From: Spirochaetia bacterium
GTDB lineage: Bacteria > Spirochaetota > Spirochaetia > SZUA-6 > Bin103
NCBI GenBank assembly: GCA_965198005.1
Contig: CBDAOI010000002.1
Span: 512,001-576,000, forward strand
Length of the DNA: 64,000 nucleotides
Direction: 5' to 3'
Below the pieces are notes generated by a model. The model made no database searches, was not told where the DNA came from, and was given only the letters and a program-made list of their open reading frames with translations. This document shows, one piece after another, positions 10,688 through 19,590 of this stretch. A program made the translations under genes and the position numbers. The number at the start of each line of letters is the position of its first letter. The first letter of the stretch is position 1.

Positions 10688-11594
10688 CGGCGCCGGGCCC
10701 GGCGGCGGGGCGCCGCGGCGCCTGCTGGTGGTGGACCTGGACGGCACCCTGCTCGGCCCCGACCGCACCATCGCCGCGGCCGATGCCGCCGCGTTGCGCC
10801 GGGCCGCGGCCGCCGGCACCACCCTGTGCGTGGCCACTGGCCGCGGTCAGCACACCGCGCGGCCGGTGCTGGCGCAGCTCCCGGTCCCCGCCTACGCGGC
10901 GCTGCACAACGGCGCCCTGATGCTCGACCCGCGCGGAGCCGAGCTGTGGCGCACTGCCATGCACCCGGCGGCCGTGGCGGCGGCGGTGCCGCTGGTGCGC
11001 GCCGCCGGGCTGCACCCGATGCTCTACGCCCGCCCGCGTCCCGGGGTGCCCGCTCCGGCCACCGCCGGCACTGCGGGTACCGCCGGCGGGCAGCCCGACC
11101 TGGTCCTGGTGCTCGAACCGGCCGCGCGCCGCTCGCCGTACACCCAGGCCTACCTGCGCACCAAGCAGCCGATCCTGGAGCTGACCGGCGACGTGCTGGG
11201 CGCCCGCCACCGCGGCGTGCTGGGGCTGGTCAGCTTCGGCGCCCGGTCAGCCGCGGCCGCAGCCGCCGCCGCCCTGCGCCCGTTGCGCGGCCGGCTGTCG
11301 AGCTGGTGGAGCACGCCGCTGCACGACGCCGCCTACCTGCTGGAGGCGGTGGCGCCGCGCGGCACCAAGCGGGGGGCGGTGGCGCGCCTGACCCGCGCCC
11401 TGGGGCTGACCCGGGACCGGGTCACCGCGATCGGCGACAACAGCAACGACCTGGAGTTGCTGAACTATGCCGGCGTCGGGATAGCGATGGCCAATGCGAC
11501 GCCGGACGTGCGCGCCGCCGCCGACTTCGTCACCGCCAGCAACGCCGAGGCGGGCGTGGCCCGCGCCCTGGCGTGGCTCGAATCGCAACGGTAG
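10653..11594 (+). CDS. Cof-type HAD-IIB hydrolase
   Basis: DLDGTLL, ATGR, NGA, K, IGDNSNDLELL, AMANA. Confidence 0.9.
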   Translation: MTDGGRSPAAADGAGPGGGAPRRLLVVDLDGTLLGPDRTIAAADAAALRRAAAAGTTLCVATGRGQHTARPVLAQLPVPAYAALHNGALMLDPRGAELWRTAMHPAAVAAAVPLVRAAGLHPMLYARPRPGVPAPATAGTAGTAGGQPDLVLVLEPAARRSPYTQAYLRTKQPILELTGDVLGARHRGVLGLVSFGARSAAAAAAAALRPLRGRLSSWWSTPLHDAAYLLEAVAPRGTKRGAVARLTRALGLTRDRVTAIGDNSNDLELLNYAGVGIAMANATPDVRAAADFVTASNAEAGVARALAWLESQR

Positions 11595-11601
11595 CCGGCC
11601 G

Positions 11602-12630
11602 TCAGCCGCCCACCGCCCGGGCCACCTCCAGGGCGAAGTAGGTCAGGATGATGTCCGCGCCGGCGCGCTTGATGGCGGTCACCGTCTCCATGACCGCGGC
11701 CGCCTCGTCGACCCAACCGTGCGCCGCCGCGGCCTTGATCATGGCGTACTCGCCGCTCACCTGATAGGCCGCGACCGGCACCGTCGCCTCCGCCTTGACC
11801 GCGGCCAGCACGTCCAGATAGGGCAGCGCCGGCTTCACCATCACCATGTCCGCGCCCTCGTCGAGGTCCAGCAGGACCTCGCGCAGCGCCTCGCGGCGGT
11901 TGGCCGGATCCATCTGGTAGCTCTTCTTGTCGCCGTGATTGGGCGCGGAATCGAGCGCGTCGCGGAACGGACCGTAGAAGGCGGAGGCATACTTGGCGCT
12001 GTAGGCGAGGATCCCCACCTGGGTGTAGCCGACGTCGTCCAGCGCGTCGCGGATGTAGCCGACGCGGCCGTCCATCATGTCGGAAGGCGCCACCAGATCG
12101 GCCCCCGCCGCCGCCTGCGCCACCGCCATCTGGCAGAGAATGTCGACGCTGGCGTCATTGTCGACCTCGCCGTCCACCACGACGCCGTCGTGGCCGTCGC
12201 TCGAGTAGGGGTCCATCGCCACGTCGGTGATCACCAGCAGCTCCGGCACCGCCTCCTTGATGGCCCGGACGCTGCGCTGCAGCAGGCCGTCGGGGTTGCC
12301 GGCCTCGCTGGCGTAGGGGTCCTTCAGCCGGTCGTCGACTACCGGAAACAGCGCCACCCCGGGCACGCCCAGAGCATGCGCCGCGCGCGCCCGCGCCGCC
12401 AGCCGGTCCGGGCTCAGACGGTCGGTGCCGGGCATCGACGCCACCGGCTCCACCACCCCGTCGCCGTCCACCGCGAACAGCGGCAGGATCAGATCGGCGG
12501 GGGCAACCTGCGTCTCGCGCACCAGCCGCCGCAGCGCCTCGGTGCGCCGGTTGCGGCGCGGCCGGATCGGCAGGTCGAGCTGGCTGTCGGGGGTGGCCGG
12601 TGAGCCGTTCTCGGAGCTACGGGCGGTCAT
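11602..12630 (-). CDS. hemB: Porphobilinogen synthase (Asp-rich, non-zinc type)
   Basis: RPRRNR, DVAMDPYSSDGHDG, PSDMMDGR, YSAKYASAFYGPFRDA, MVKPALPYLD, YQVSGEY. Confidence 0.96.
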   Translation of the reverse strand: MTARSSENGSPATPDSQLDLPIRPRRNRRTEALRRLVRETQVAPADLILPLFAVDGDGVVEPVASMPGTDRLSPDRLAARARAAHALGVPGVALFPVVDDRLKDPYASEAGNPDGLLQRSVRAIKEAVPELLVITDVAMDPYSSDGHDGVVVDGEVDNDASVDILCQMAVAQAAAGADLVAPSDMMDGRVGYIRDALDDVGYTQVGILAYSAKYASAFYGPFRDALDSAPNHGDKKSYQMDPANRREALREVLLDLDEGADMVMVKPALPYLDVLAAVKAEATVPVAAYQVSGEYAMIKAAAAHGWVDEAAAVMETVTAIKRAGADIILTYFALEVARAVGG

Positions 12631-12838
12631 CCTGCCCCCACACGATCGCGTCGGGAGCGCCGTCCGGCAGGTCGCGCAGCGCCAGCCCGAGCGTGCAGTT
12701 GACGTCGGCCTTGGCGCGCTCGATCCACTTCCGGAATCCCTCCAGCTTGCGCTCGATGGTTTCCTGAGCGGGCCCCTCGTTGATCACGGTGCGCACCGCG
12801 CCGGCCCACTCCGCGGAGAAGAACCGCAGACTCGACAT
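12617..12838 (-). CDS. Short protein resembling the N-terminus of an SCP2 sterol/lipid-binding domain; possibly truncated
   Basis: MSSLRFFSAEWAGAVRTVIN; ATGA-coupled to the upstream ORF; ends abruptly at the hemB start. Confidence 0.45.
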   Translation of the reverse strand: MSSLRFFSAEWAGAVRTVINEGPAQETIERKLEGFRKWIERAKADVNCTLGLALRDLPDGAPDAIVWGQDDRP

Positions 12839-13191
12839 CAGCCGCCCGCCATCACCGGGTCCATCTCGTCGATCATCTCCTCCACGTCCGCGGGCAGGGT
12901 GACCCCGATCAGGTTCAGCTTCTTGCGGAGCTGCCGGCCGCGCAGCGCCTTCTCGCGCGCCGCCGACCAGCCGAACACCTCGTAAGTGACGCACATGCTG
13001 CCGGTGTTGGAGGACATCAGCAGCGTGCGCATCGTCTCGTGCAGGTCGTGCACCAGCCCGGGGTCCTGTTCGAGCAGGTCGTCGATGTCGACCTTGCCGA
13101 TGCCGCGCAGGTCGGTGTAGGCGAAGCTCGGCTCCGCGCTCGGCGTGCCGTTGAACAACGGCGGCCGTTCGATGGTTGCTTGCACTCCCAC
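12838..13191 (-). CDS. Hypothetical protein (117 aa), leaderless start
   Basis: GC3-biased codons; TTGATC-17-TAGTAT promoter 7 nt before GTG 13191. Confidence 0.55.
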   Translation of the reverse strand: MGVQATIERPPLFNGTPSAEPSFAYTDLRGIGKVDIDDLLEQDPGLVHDLHETMRTLLMSSNTGSMCVTYEVFGWSAAREKALRGRQLRKKLNLIGVTLPADVEEMIDEMDPVMAGG

Positions 13192-13301
13192 GGCGACCAT
13201 ACTACCAACCCCGCCGCGCCGGATCAATTCGTCGGCCGGCCCTGGGTCCGGTGGGAAAGCTTGTCAGTCAAGTACCAATCGATTGCTCCGGCGAAGCGCC
13301 C

Positions 13302-14744
13302 TCAGCGCAATGCGTGCGGGCGTGTCGGTGGATTGACGTCAGTCGGAATTGGGCACACGTAGGGGTTGCCGTTGGTCGCCGCCGCCAGCTCCGCTCGCGC
13401 CGTGCACAGGTGTTCCGGATCCAAATACAGATCCAGCGCCGCGACCGCCATCACTTTGGCCGAGTGCATCATTCCCTTGTGACCGATTGACGTAGCCCCG
13501 GTGGCGACGATGCCCCAACTGTGGCCGGGGGCGCGGGTGGCAAAGCAGGCAGTACGCAGCATGCTGAGCGGCGTGATCCAGCTGACGTCGCCCACGTCGG
13601 TCGAGCCGGTGCCGACCAGGTCCGCGTCCCACGCCGGGAAGTTGTCACCGATCAGCGGTGCGTGCGCCAGGCGCTCGAGCCGCGGCTGCTCCTCCGGCGG
13701 CGTCTGCCAGCCCGCGAACATCTCTTCGGCGTTCCGCTTGGGAAACGCCGCGTTGACCTGCGCCGCGTACGCTTTCTCCTCGGCGGTGAACTCGATCGGC
13801 CCGACCAGTTGCATCGCCTCGTACTGCAGATCCGCCAGGTAGGCGTTGTTCAGTAGTCGTGAGCAGGCGCCGCGCACCCGCATCTCCACGGTAGTGTCGG
13901 TCATCAACGCTGCGCCGCGGGCGCAGTTGCGTACCCGCTCGGATACCTCGTCGATCTCTGCCCGTTCCAGGGCGCGCACGAAGTACCACACCTCCGCAGT
14001 GTCCGGGACCACGTTCGGCAGCTTGCCGCCGTCGGTGATCACATAGTGGATGCGCACCTTCTCAGTGACGTGCTCGCGCAGATAGTTCACGCTGACGTTC
14101 ATCAGCTCGACCGCGTCCAGCGCCGAGCGCCCCTCGTGCGGCGCGCCGCCGGCGTGGGCGGTGCGGCCGCGGAAGCGGAACACCAGGTCGTTGACGCCAA
14201 CGCTGGCACCCTTTGACGGAGCGTTGACCTTGGCCGGGTGATAGTTGAACGCGGCATCCAGATCGTCGAAGGCGCCGGTCCGCGCCATGAACGCCTTGCC
14301 ACTGATCTGTTCCTCGGCCGGACAGCCGTAGTAGCGGACGGTGCCGGAGGTACCGGTCGCCTTCAGCCAGCGGGCCACGGCCACCGCCGCGGCCAAGCCC
14401 CCGGTACCGAGCAGGTTGTGCCCGCAGCCGTGGCCAGGGCCTCCCTCGACGACCGGCTCCTGGGTCGGCTGGCGCTTCTGTGACAGCCCGGCCAGCGCAT
14501 CGTACTCGCCGAGGTAGCCGATGATCGGGGCACCGGAGCCGGCCTCGGCACAGAACGCGGTGGTGATGGCGCCGAGGTCCCAGGTGATCGCAAACCCCTC
14601 GGCGGCCAGAAAGTCCGCCTGCAGCTTGGAGGAAGCAAACTCCTCCCAGGCCACCTCCGGGTTGGCCCACAACGTGTCGGCCATGTCCGTGAACCGCTGC
14701 TGGTTCTGCTTGAGCCACTCGATGACGTCCTGCTTGCTCTGCAA
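13302..14744 (-). CDS. M20 amidohydrolase (AbgB, p-aminobenzoyl-glutamate hydrolase B-like)
   Basis: GEYDAL, GHGCGHNLLG, GCPAEE, AHAGGAPHEGRSALDAVELMN, GSTDVGDVSW; TTG start with GGAGA RBS. Confidence 0.92.
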   Translation of the reverse strand: MQSKQDVIEWLKQNQQRFTDMADTLWANPEVAWEEFASSKLQADFLAAEGFAITWDLGAITTAFCAEAGSGAPIIGYLGEYDALAGLSQKRQPTQEPVVEGGPGHGCGHNLLGTGGLAAAVAVARWLKATGTSGTVRYYGCPAEEQISGKAFMARTGAFDDLDAAFNYHPAKVNAPSKGASVGVNDLVFRFRGRTAHAGGAPHEGRSALDAVELMNVSVNYLREHVTEKVRIHYVITDGGKLPNVVPDTAEVWYFVRALERAEIDEVSERVRNCARGAALMTDTTVEMRVRGACSRLLNNAYLADLQYEAMQLVGPIEFTAEEKAYAAQVNAAFPKRNAEEMFAGWQTPPEEQPRLERLAHAPLIGDNFPAWDADLVGTGSTDVGDVSWITPLSMLRTACFATRAPGHSWGIVATGATSIGHKGMMHSAKVMAVAALDLYLDPEHLCTARAELAAATNGNPYVCPIPTDVNPPTRPHALR

Positions 14745-14895
14745 CGCTCTCCTCCCGTATGTCCGTGCGTCCGTTGGCGGTCCGGCCATGCTACCGTAGC
14801 GGCCCTGCGCCGTCCAGGCGCGCGCCCGGCGCGCGGTGCGGGTGTCGCCTACCGCGCGGCGCAGCCGCCGGCTGGGTGAGCGGCTTTCGCACCGC

Positions 14896-15303
14896 TCACA
14901 GCCAATGGCGGCAGGCGAGACCGTCGATCTTCGTGAAGTGGGTCAGGTTGGCGGTGATCACCTCCGCGCCGTGGGCGCGGGCGATCGCCGCCACGGCGAT
15001 GTCGAAGTCGTCGATCGGCGTGCCGGCGCGCTCCAGACCGGCCTTGATGGCACCGAACTGCACCGAGGCCGCGGGAATCCAATCCAGCAGCGGAATCACG
15101 GACAGCAGGCGGTCCTTTTGCGCCGCGAGCAGCCGACGGCGGCGGGAAGCGGGATCCAGCCGCCGCAAGCCGTACTCGACCTCCGCTACGACCGGTGGGA
15201 CCACTGCGAACTCTCCCGGCGGCCGGTGGCGCAGCAAGGCGACGATCTCCGGTTCATGCCGCATCGCCGCCGAGAACGCGGTGGTATCGAGCACGCTGAT
15301 CAC
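14896..15303 (-). CDS. vapC: VapC/PIN-domain toxin
   Basis: VLDTT, VVAEVEYG, GTPIDDFDIAVAAIA, ITANLTHF. Confidence 0.92.
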   Translation of the reverse strand: MISVLDTTAFSAAMRHEPEIVALLRHRPPGEFAVVPPVVAEVEYGLRRLDPASRRRRLLAAQKDRLLSVIPLLDWIPAASVQFGAIKAGLERAGTPIDDFDIAVAAIARAHGAEVITANLTHFTKIDGLACRHWL

Positions 15304-15560
15304 AGCACGAGCGCTCCTCTGTTGCGGCGGACGGCGCGAATGCTCCGTTCCAGGTCCGCACCGGCCGCGCGCAGCACCGACAGATCTTCCGCCGCAAGAT
15401 CGAGGTCGAAAAATCCCTGCGCCCACTCGCCGGCATCCTTGGCGAGGGCGTCCTGACAGGCGTGAATGACGAACTTGTTGCGGCTCAAGCCCAGGCGGCG
15501 GGCAACGGCATCGATGCGCCGGAGCAACGGCGGCGGAAAGTGGAAGGTCGTGGACGGCAC
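15300..15560 (-). CDS. Ribbon-helix-helix (CopG/VapB) antitoxin
   Basis: TTFHFPPPLLRRIDAVARRLGLSRNKFV; GTGA overlap with vapC. Confidence 0.85.
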   Translation of the reverse strand: MPSTTFHFPPPLLRRIDAVARRLGLSRNKFVIHACQDALAKDAGEWAQGFFDLDLAAEDLSVLRAAGADLERSIRAVRRNRGALVL

Positions 15561-15596
15561 GGGTCGAATATAATCTATTCATATGCCGGGCGGCAA
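15561..15596 (-). promoter_or_regulatory. Leaderless promoter and operator of the vapBC pair
   Basis: TTGCCG-18-TATATT-6-GTG; GAATA-N5-TATTC palindrome (15566-15580) over the -10 box. Confidence 0.65.
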
Positions 15597-15621
15597 GGGG
15601 CGCGGTGCGCCAACCGCGGGC

Positions 15622-16020
15622 CTACCGAGGGAGCGCGGCGCGGATGCGGGCCGCCTCGGCAGCCAGCGCCGCGTCCCCCGGGTTGGGACCGGCGCGCGCG
15701 AAGTCCAGGTCGTGCATCCCGTCGATCGGGCTCACGTGGAGGTGCACGTGCGGCACCTCCAGCCCGGCGATCAGCAACCCCACCTTGGCCGGCCGGTACG
15801 CCGCCCGTTGCGCGCGCGCGATGGTGCGCGCGACCCGCATCAGCGCCGCCACGGTCGCGTCGTCCAGGTCGATCCAGTGCTCCACCTCGACCCGCGGCAC
15901 GACCAGCGTGTGACCGGGACGCAGCGGGTTGATCGACAGGAACGCCACGCACCGCTCGTCCTGCCAGACGAAGTGGGCCGGCAGCTCGCCGGCGATGATC
16001 CGCGTGAAGATGCTTGCCAT
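15622..16020 (-). CDS. HIT family nucleotide hydrolase
   Basis: SIFTRIIAGELP, PGHTLVVP, VPHVHLHV histidine triad. Confidence 0.93.
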   Translation of the reverse strand: MASIFTRIIAGELPAHFVWQDERCVAFLSINPLRPGHTLVVPRVEVEHWIDLDDATVAALMRVARTIARAQRAAYRPAKVGLLIAGLEVPHVHLHVSPIDGMHDLDFARAGPNPGDAALAAEAARIRAALPR

Positions 16021-16100
16021 GACGCCGCCAGTGTAACCCGGACGCCCGGCCCGATCACCTGCGTTGCGTTGGGGCTCAGTCGTCGTGCGCGTGGCGGCTG

Positions 16101-16133
16101 GTGCTGGTACTTGTACTTGTCCCGCCCATTTGA
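16101..16133 (+). other. Candidate valS leader peptide MLVLVLVPPI
   Basis: GTG CTG GTA CTT GTA CTT GTC CCG CCC ATT TGA, 44 nt before valS; GTA and CTT codons are atypical for this GC-rich window. Confidence 0.4.
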
Positions 16134-16177
16134 CAGATGCGGCGGTTTCGGCAACGGTGGGGTTCCCGCTGGGGAAC

Positions 16178-18859
16178 ATGCCGCTCGATCCCAGACAACT
16201 GCCCAAGCACTACGACGCCGCCGCGCGCGAGGCGCACTTCCGCCGCTGGTGGGAGCAGGCGGGCGTGTACCACTACGACCCCGACCACGGGCGCGACGAC
16301 GCGTTCGTGGTGGATACGCCGCCGCCGACCGTATCCGGCGCGCTGCACGTGGGGCACGTGTTCAGCTACACCCAGACCGACGTGGTGGCACGCTACCAGC
16401 GCATGCGCGGCAAGCACGTGTTCTACCCCATGGGGTGGGACGACAACGGCCTGCCCACCGAGCGGCGGGTGCAGAACTACTTCCACGTGCGCTGCGACCC
16501 GGCCCTGCCCTACGAGCCCGAGCTCGCGCTCCCGATGGCCACGGGCAAGGGCTTCAAGGCGCCGCCGCGGCCGGTGTCGCGCCGCAACTTCATCGAGCTG
16601 TGCGAAGTGGTGACCCGCCAGGACGAGCAGGCGTTCATGCGGGTATGGCAGGCGATCGGGCTGTCGGTGGACTGGCGCGAGGAGTACGCGACCATCAGCG
16701 AGTCCAGCCGCCACTTGGCGCAGCACAGCTTTCTCGACCTGTACGCGAAGGGGCACCTCTATACCGCCGAGGCGCCGACCATGTGGGACGTGGACTTCCG
16801 CACCGCGGTGGCCCAGGCGGAGGTGCAGGACCGCCCCACCGCCGGCCACTATCACGACCTCGCGTTCGCGGTGGAGGGCGCCGCGGAGGAGCTGGTGATC
16901 GCCACCACCCGGCCGGAACTGCTGGCCGCCTGCGTCGGCGTGGCCGCCCACCCCGACGACCCGCGCTACCGCGCGCTGTTCGGCAAGCGCGCGATCACGC
17001 CGCTGTTCCGCGCGCGCGTGCCGATCTTCGCCACCGAGCTGGCCGACCCCGACAAGGGCACCGGGATCCTGATGGTGTGCACCTTCGGCGACACCAGCGA
17101 CGTCCACTGGTGGCAGGAGCACGGCCTGCCGCTACGGCAGATCGTGGGCCGCGACGGCCGGCTGGTGGAGGTCACCTTCGGCACCGGCGAGTGGGACAGC
17201 GCCGACCCGGCCGCGGCCAACCGGTTCTACGCCGAGCTGGCGGGCCGCACGCTGCGGCAGGCGCGCGCGGCCGTCGTCGGCCAGCTCCGCCGCCCCGAGG
17301 CCGCGGCCGCGGGCGAGCGGCCGCCGCTGCGCGGCGAGCCGCGGCCGCTTGAGCACACCGTGCGCTATTACGAACAGGGCGACCGGCCGCTGGAGTTCAT
17401 CACCACGCGGCAATGGTTCGTGCGCCTGATCGACAAGCGGCAGGAGCTGATCGAGCGCGGGCGCGAGGTGCAATGGCACCCCGGCTACATGCTGAGCCGC
17501 TACGTCAACTGGACCGAGAACCTGCAGTTCGACTGGTGCATCAGCCGGCAGCGTTATTTTGGCGTACCTTTTCCCGTGTGGTACCAGCTCGACGACGCTG
17601 GCGCGCCGGACTACGAGCGGCCGCTGCTGGCGGCGCCCGAGTCACTGCCGGTCGATCCGCTGGTGGACGTGCCGCCGGGCTACCGGGCCGGTCAGCGCAA
17701 CCGGCCGGGGGGGTTCACCGCCGAGCCGGACGTGTTCGACACCTGGTTCACCAGCTCGCTGACGCCCCAGATCGGCAGCGGCTGGATACTCCGGCCGGAC
17801 CGGCACGCGCGCCTGTTCCCGATGGACATCCGGCCGCAGGCGCATGACATCATCCGCACCTGGGCGTTCTACACCATCGCCAAAGCCCACCTGCACTTCG
17901 GGTCGGTGCCGTGGCGGCACGCCCTGATCTCGGGCTGGATCCTCGACCCGGACCGCAAGAAGATGTCCAAGAGCCGCGGCAACACGGTTACGCCGCAGCA
18001 GATCATCGACACCCATCACGCCGATGCCGCCCGCTACTGGGCGGCCAGCGCGCGCCTGGGGGTGGACACCGCCTACGACGAGTCGGTGTTCCGGGTCGGC
18101 CGCCGCCTGGTCACCAAGCTGTACAACGCCGGCAAGTTCGTGACCGGCATCGTCGCCGCCGCGCGCGCGGAGCTGGGCGAGCTGCCCGCTGCCGGCGCCG
18201 TGAGCGAGGAGCTGGACCGCAGCTTCCTGGCGCAGCTTCGCGCGCTGGTGGAACGGACGACGCGCGCGTTCGACGGCTACGACTACGCCACCGCCCTGGC
18301 CCACACCGAGGAGTTCTTCTGGCACAGCTTCACCGACACCTACATCGAGCTGGCCAAGAACCGGGCCAAGGGGATCGGCGGCTCGAGCGCCGCCGCGCGC
18401 GCATCGGCGGTGGCGGCGCTCGACCTCGCCCTGCGCGTGCTGGTGCGCCTGTTCGCGCCGGCGCTGCCCTACATCACCGAGGAGGTGTGGTCGTGGGACT
18501 TCGCCGGGCGCGTGGCAGCGCCGCCGGGCAGCGCCGCCTGCTCGGTCCACCGGGCGCGCTGGCCCGACGCCGCGGAGTTCGCGCCGGTGGCAGCCCCCGA
18601 CCACGCCGACAGCTTCGCCGCGGCCAATGCATCGCTGGCGGCGATCCACCGCCACAAGACGCAGGCCGCGGTCTCGGTGGCGCGCGCGATCGACTCGATC
18701 CGCCTGGCGGCGCATCCCAGCACCGTGCGGACCGCGGAAACGGTGGCCGCGGACGTGATCAGCGCGGTGCGGGCGCAGAGCTTCGAACTGGTGGAGGACG
18801 CCAGCCTCGACGCCGGCGAGTTTGAGGTGCGCGGCGCGGAGTTCGCCGCCCGCCCGTAG
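16178..18859 (+). CDS. valS: Valyl-tRNA synthetase (type lacking the C-terminal coiled-coil arm)
   Basis: DTPPPTVSGALHVGH, GWDDNGLPTE, DWCISRQR, KKMSKS. Confidence 0.96.
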   Translation: MPLDPRQLPKHYDAAAREAHFRRWWEQAGVYHYDPDHGRDDAFVVDTPPPTVSGALHVGHVFSYTQTDVVARYQRMRGKHVFYPMGWDDNGLPTERRVQNYFHVRCDPALPYEPELALPMATGKGFKAPPRPVSRRNFIELCEVVTRQDEQAFMRVWQAIGLSVDWREEYATISESSRHLAQHSFLDLYAKGHLYTAEAPTMWDVDFRTAVAQAEVQDRPTAGHYHDLAFAVEGAAEELVIATTRPELLAACVGVAAHPDDPRYRALFGKRAITPLFRARVPIFATELADPDKGTGILMVCTFGDTSDVHWWQEHGLPLRQIVGRDGRLVEVTFGTGEWDSADPAAANRFYAELAGRTLRQARAAVVGQLRRPEAAAAGERPPLRGEPRPLEHTVRYYEQGDRPLEFITTRQWFVRLIDKRQELIERGREVQWHPGYMLSRYVNWTENLQFDWCISRQRYFGVPFPVWYQLDDAGAPDYERPLLAAPESLPVDPLVDVPPGYRAGQRNRPGGFTAEPDVFDTWFTSSLTPQIGSGWILRPDRHARLFPMDIRPQAHDIIRTWAFYTIAKAHLHFGSVPWRHALISGWILDPDRKKMSKSRGNTVTPQQIIDTHHADAARYWAASARLGVDTAYDESVFRVGRRLVTKLYNAGKFVTGIVAAARAELGELPAAGAVSEELDRSFLAQLRALVERTTRAFDGYDYATALAHTEEFFWHSFTDTYIELAKNRAKGIGGSSAAARASAVAALDLALRVLVRLFAPALPYITEEVWSWDFAGRVAAPPGSAACSVHRARWPDAAEFAPVAAPDHADSFAAANASLAAIHRHKTQAAVSVARAIDSIRLAAHPSTVRTAETVAADVISAVRAQSFELVEDASLDAGEFEVRGAEFAARP

Positions 18860-18861
18860 TC

Positions 18862-19590
18862 GTGGGTGTGCGCGCGGCGGCGCCGGCCGACAGGGAGCGA
18901 CGGGGGCCGGCCGGCACGGGGCCAGTGGCGCCGGCAGGCAGCGAGTGTAGCGAGCCCGGCACGCGGCGAAAAGTGCCGGTGGCGCTGTTCGCCTCCGGCA
19001 CCGGCAGCAACGTCGCGGCCCTGCTCGACCACGCCCAGCCGGCCGGCGCCGGGGGTGGCCTCGGCTTCCGGCCGGACTATCGCTGCCTGATCGGCAACAA
19101 CAGCGGCGCCGCGGTCATGCCGCTGGCCCGGGCGCGCGGCCTGGCCGTCTACCACGTATCGAGCCGCACCCACCCGCAGCCGGCCGCGCGCGTGGCCCGC
19201 CTGCGGGAGCTTCTGCACCGCCACCGGATCGAGCTGATCGTGCTGGCCGGCTACGCCAGGCGGTTGCCGGACGAACTGGTGCGCGGCTGGCGGCGGCGGA
19301 TCCTCAACATCCACCCCTCCCTGCTGCCGCGCCACGGCGGCGCCGGGATGTACGGGCTCGCACCCCATCGCGCGGTGCTGGCCGCCGGCGAGCGCGAGGC
19401 CGGGGTCACCGTGCACTGGGTGAGCGAGGAGTACGACCGCGGACCGATCGTGCTGCAGCGGCGGGTGGCGGTGGAACCGGATGACAGCGCCGAGAGTCTG
19501 GCGCGGCGAGTGCTGGCGGTCGAGCACGACACCTACTGGCGGGTGGTGGAGCGGGTGGTGAGCGAGCTGGCTGCGGAGCGCGACCCGTGA
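18862..19590 (+). CDS. purN: Phosphoribosylglycinamide formyltransferase
   Basis: FASGTGSN, LAGY, LNIHPSLLP, GVTVHWV.EEYDRGPI, EH; true start may be GTG 18973. Confidence 0.92.
   Translation: MGVRAAAPADRERRGPAGTGPVAPAGSECSEPGTRRKVPVALFASGTGSNVAALLDHAQPAGAGGGLGFRPDYRCLIGNNSGAAVMPLARARGLAVYHVSSRTHPQPAARVARLRELLHRHRIELIVLAGYARRLPDELVRGWRRRILNIHPSLLPRHGGAGMYGLAPHRAVLAAGEREAGVTVHWVSEEYDRGPIVLQRRVAVEPDDSAESLARRVLAVEHDTYWRVVERVVSELAAERDP

Noticed and set aside
16064-16177. T-box riboswitch upstream of valS
   Set aside because: Too short, no stem I motifs, and GGTGG is not followed by the NACC of an antiterminator bulge.
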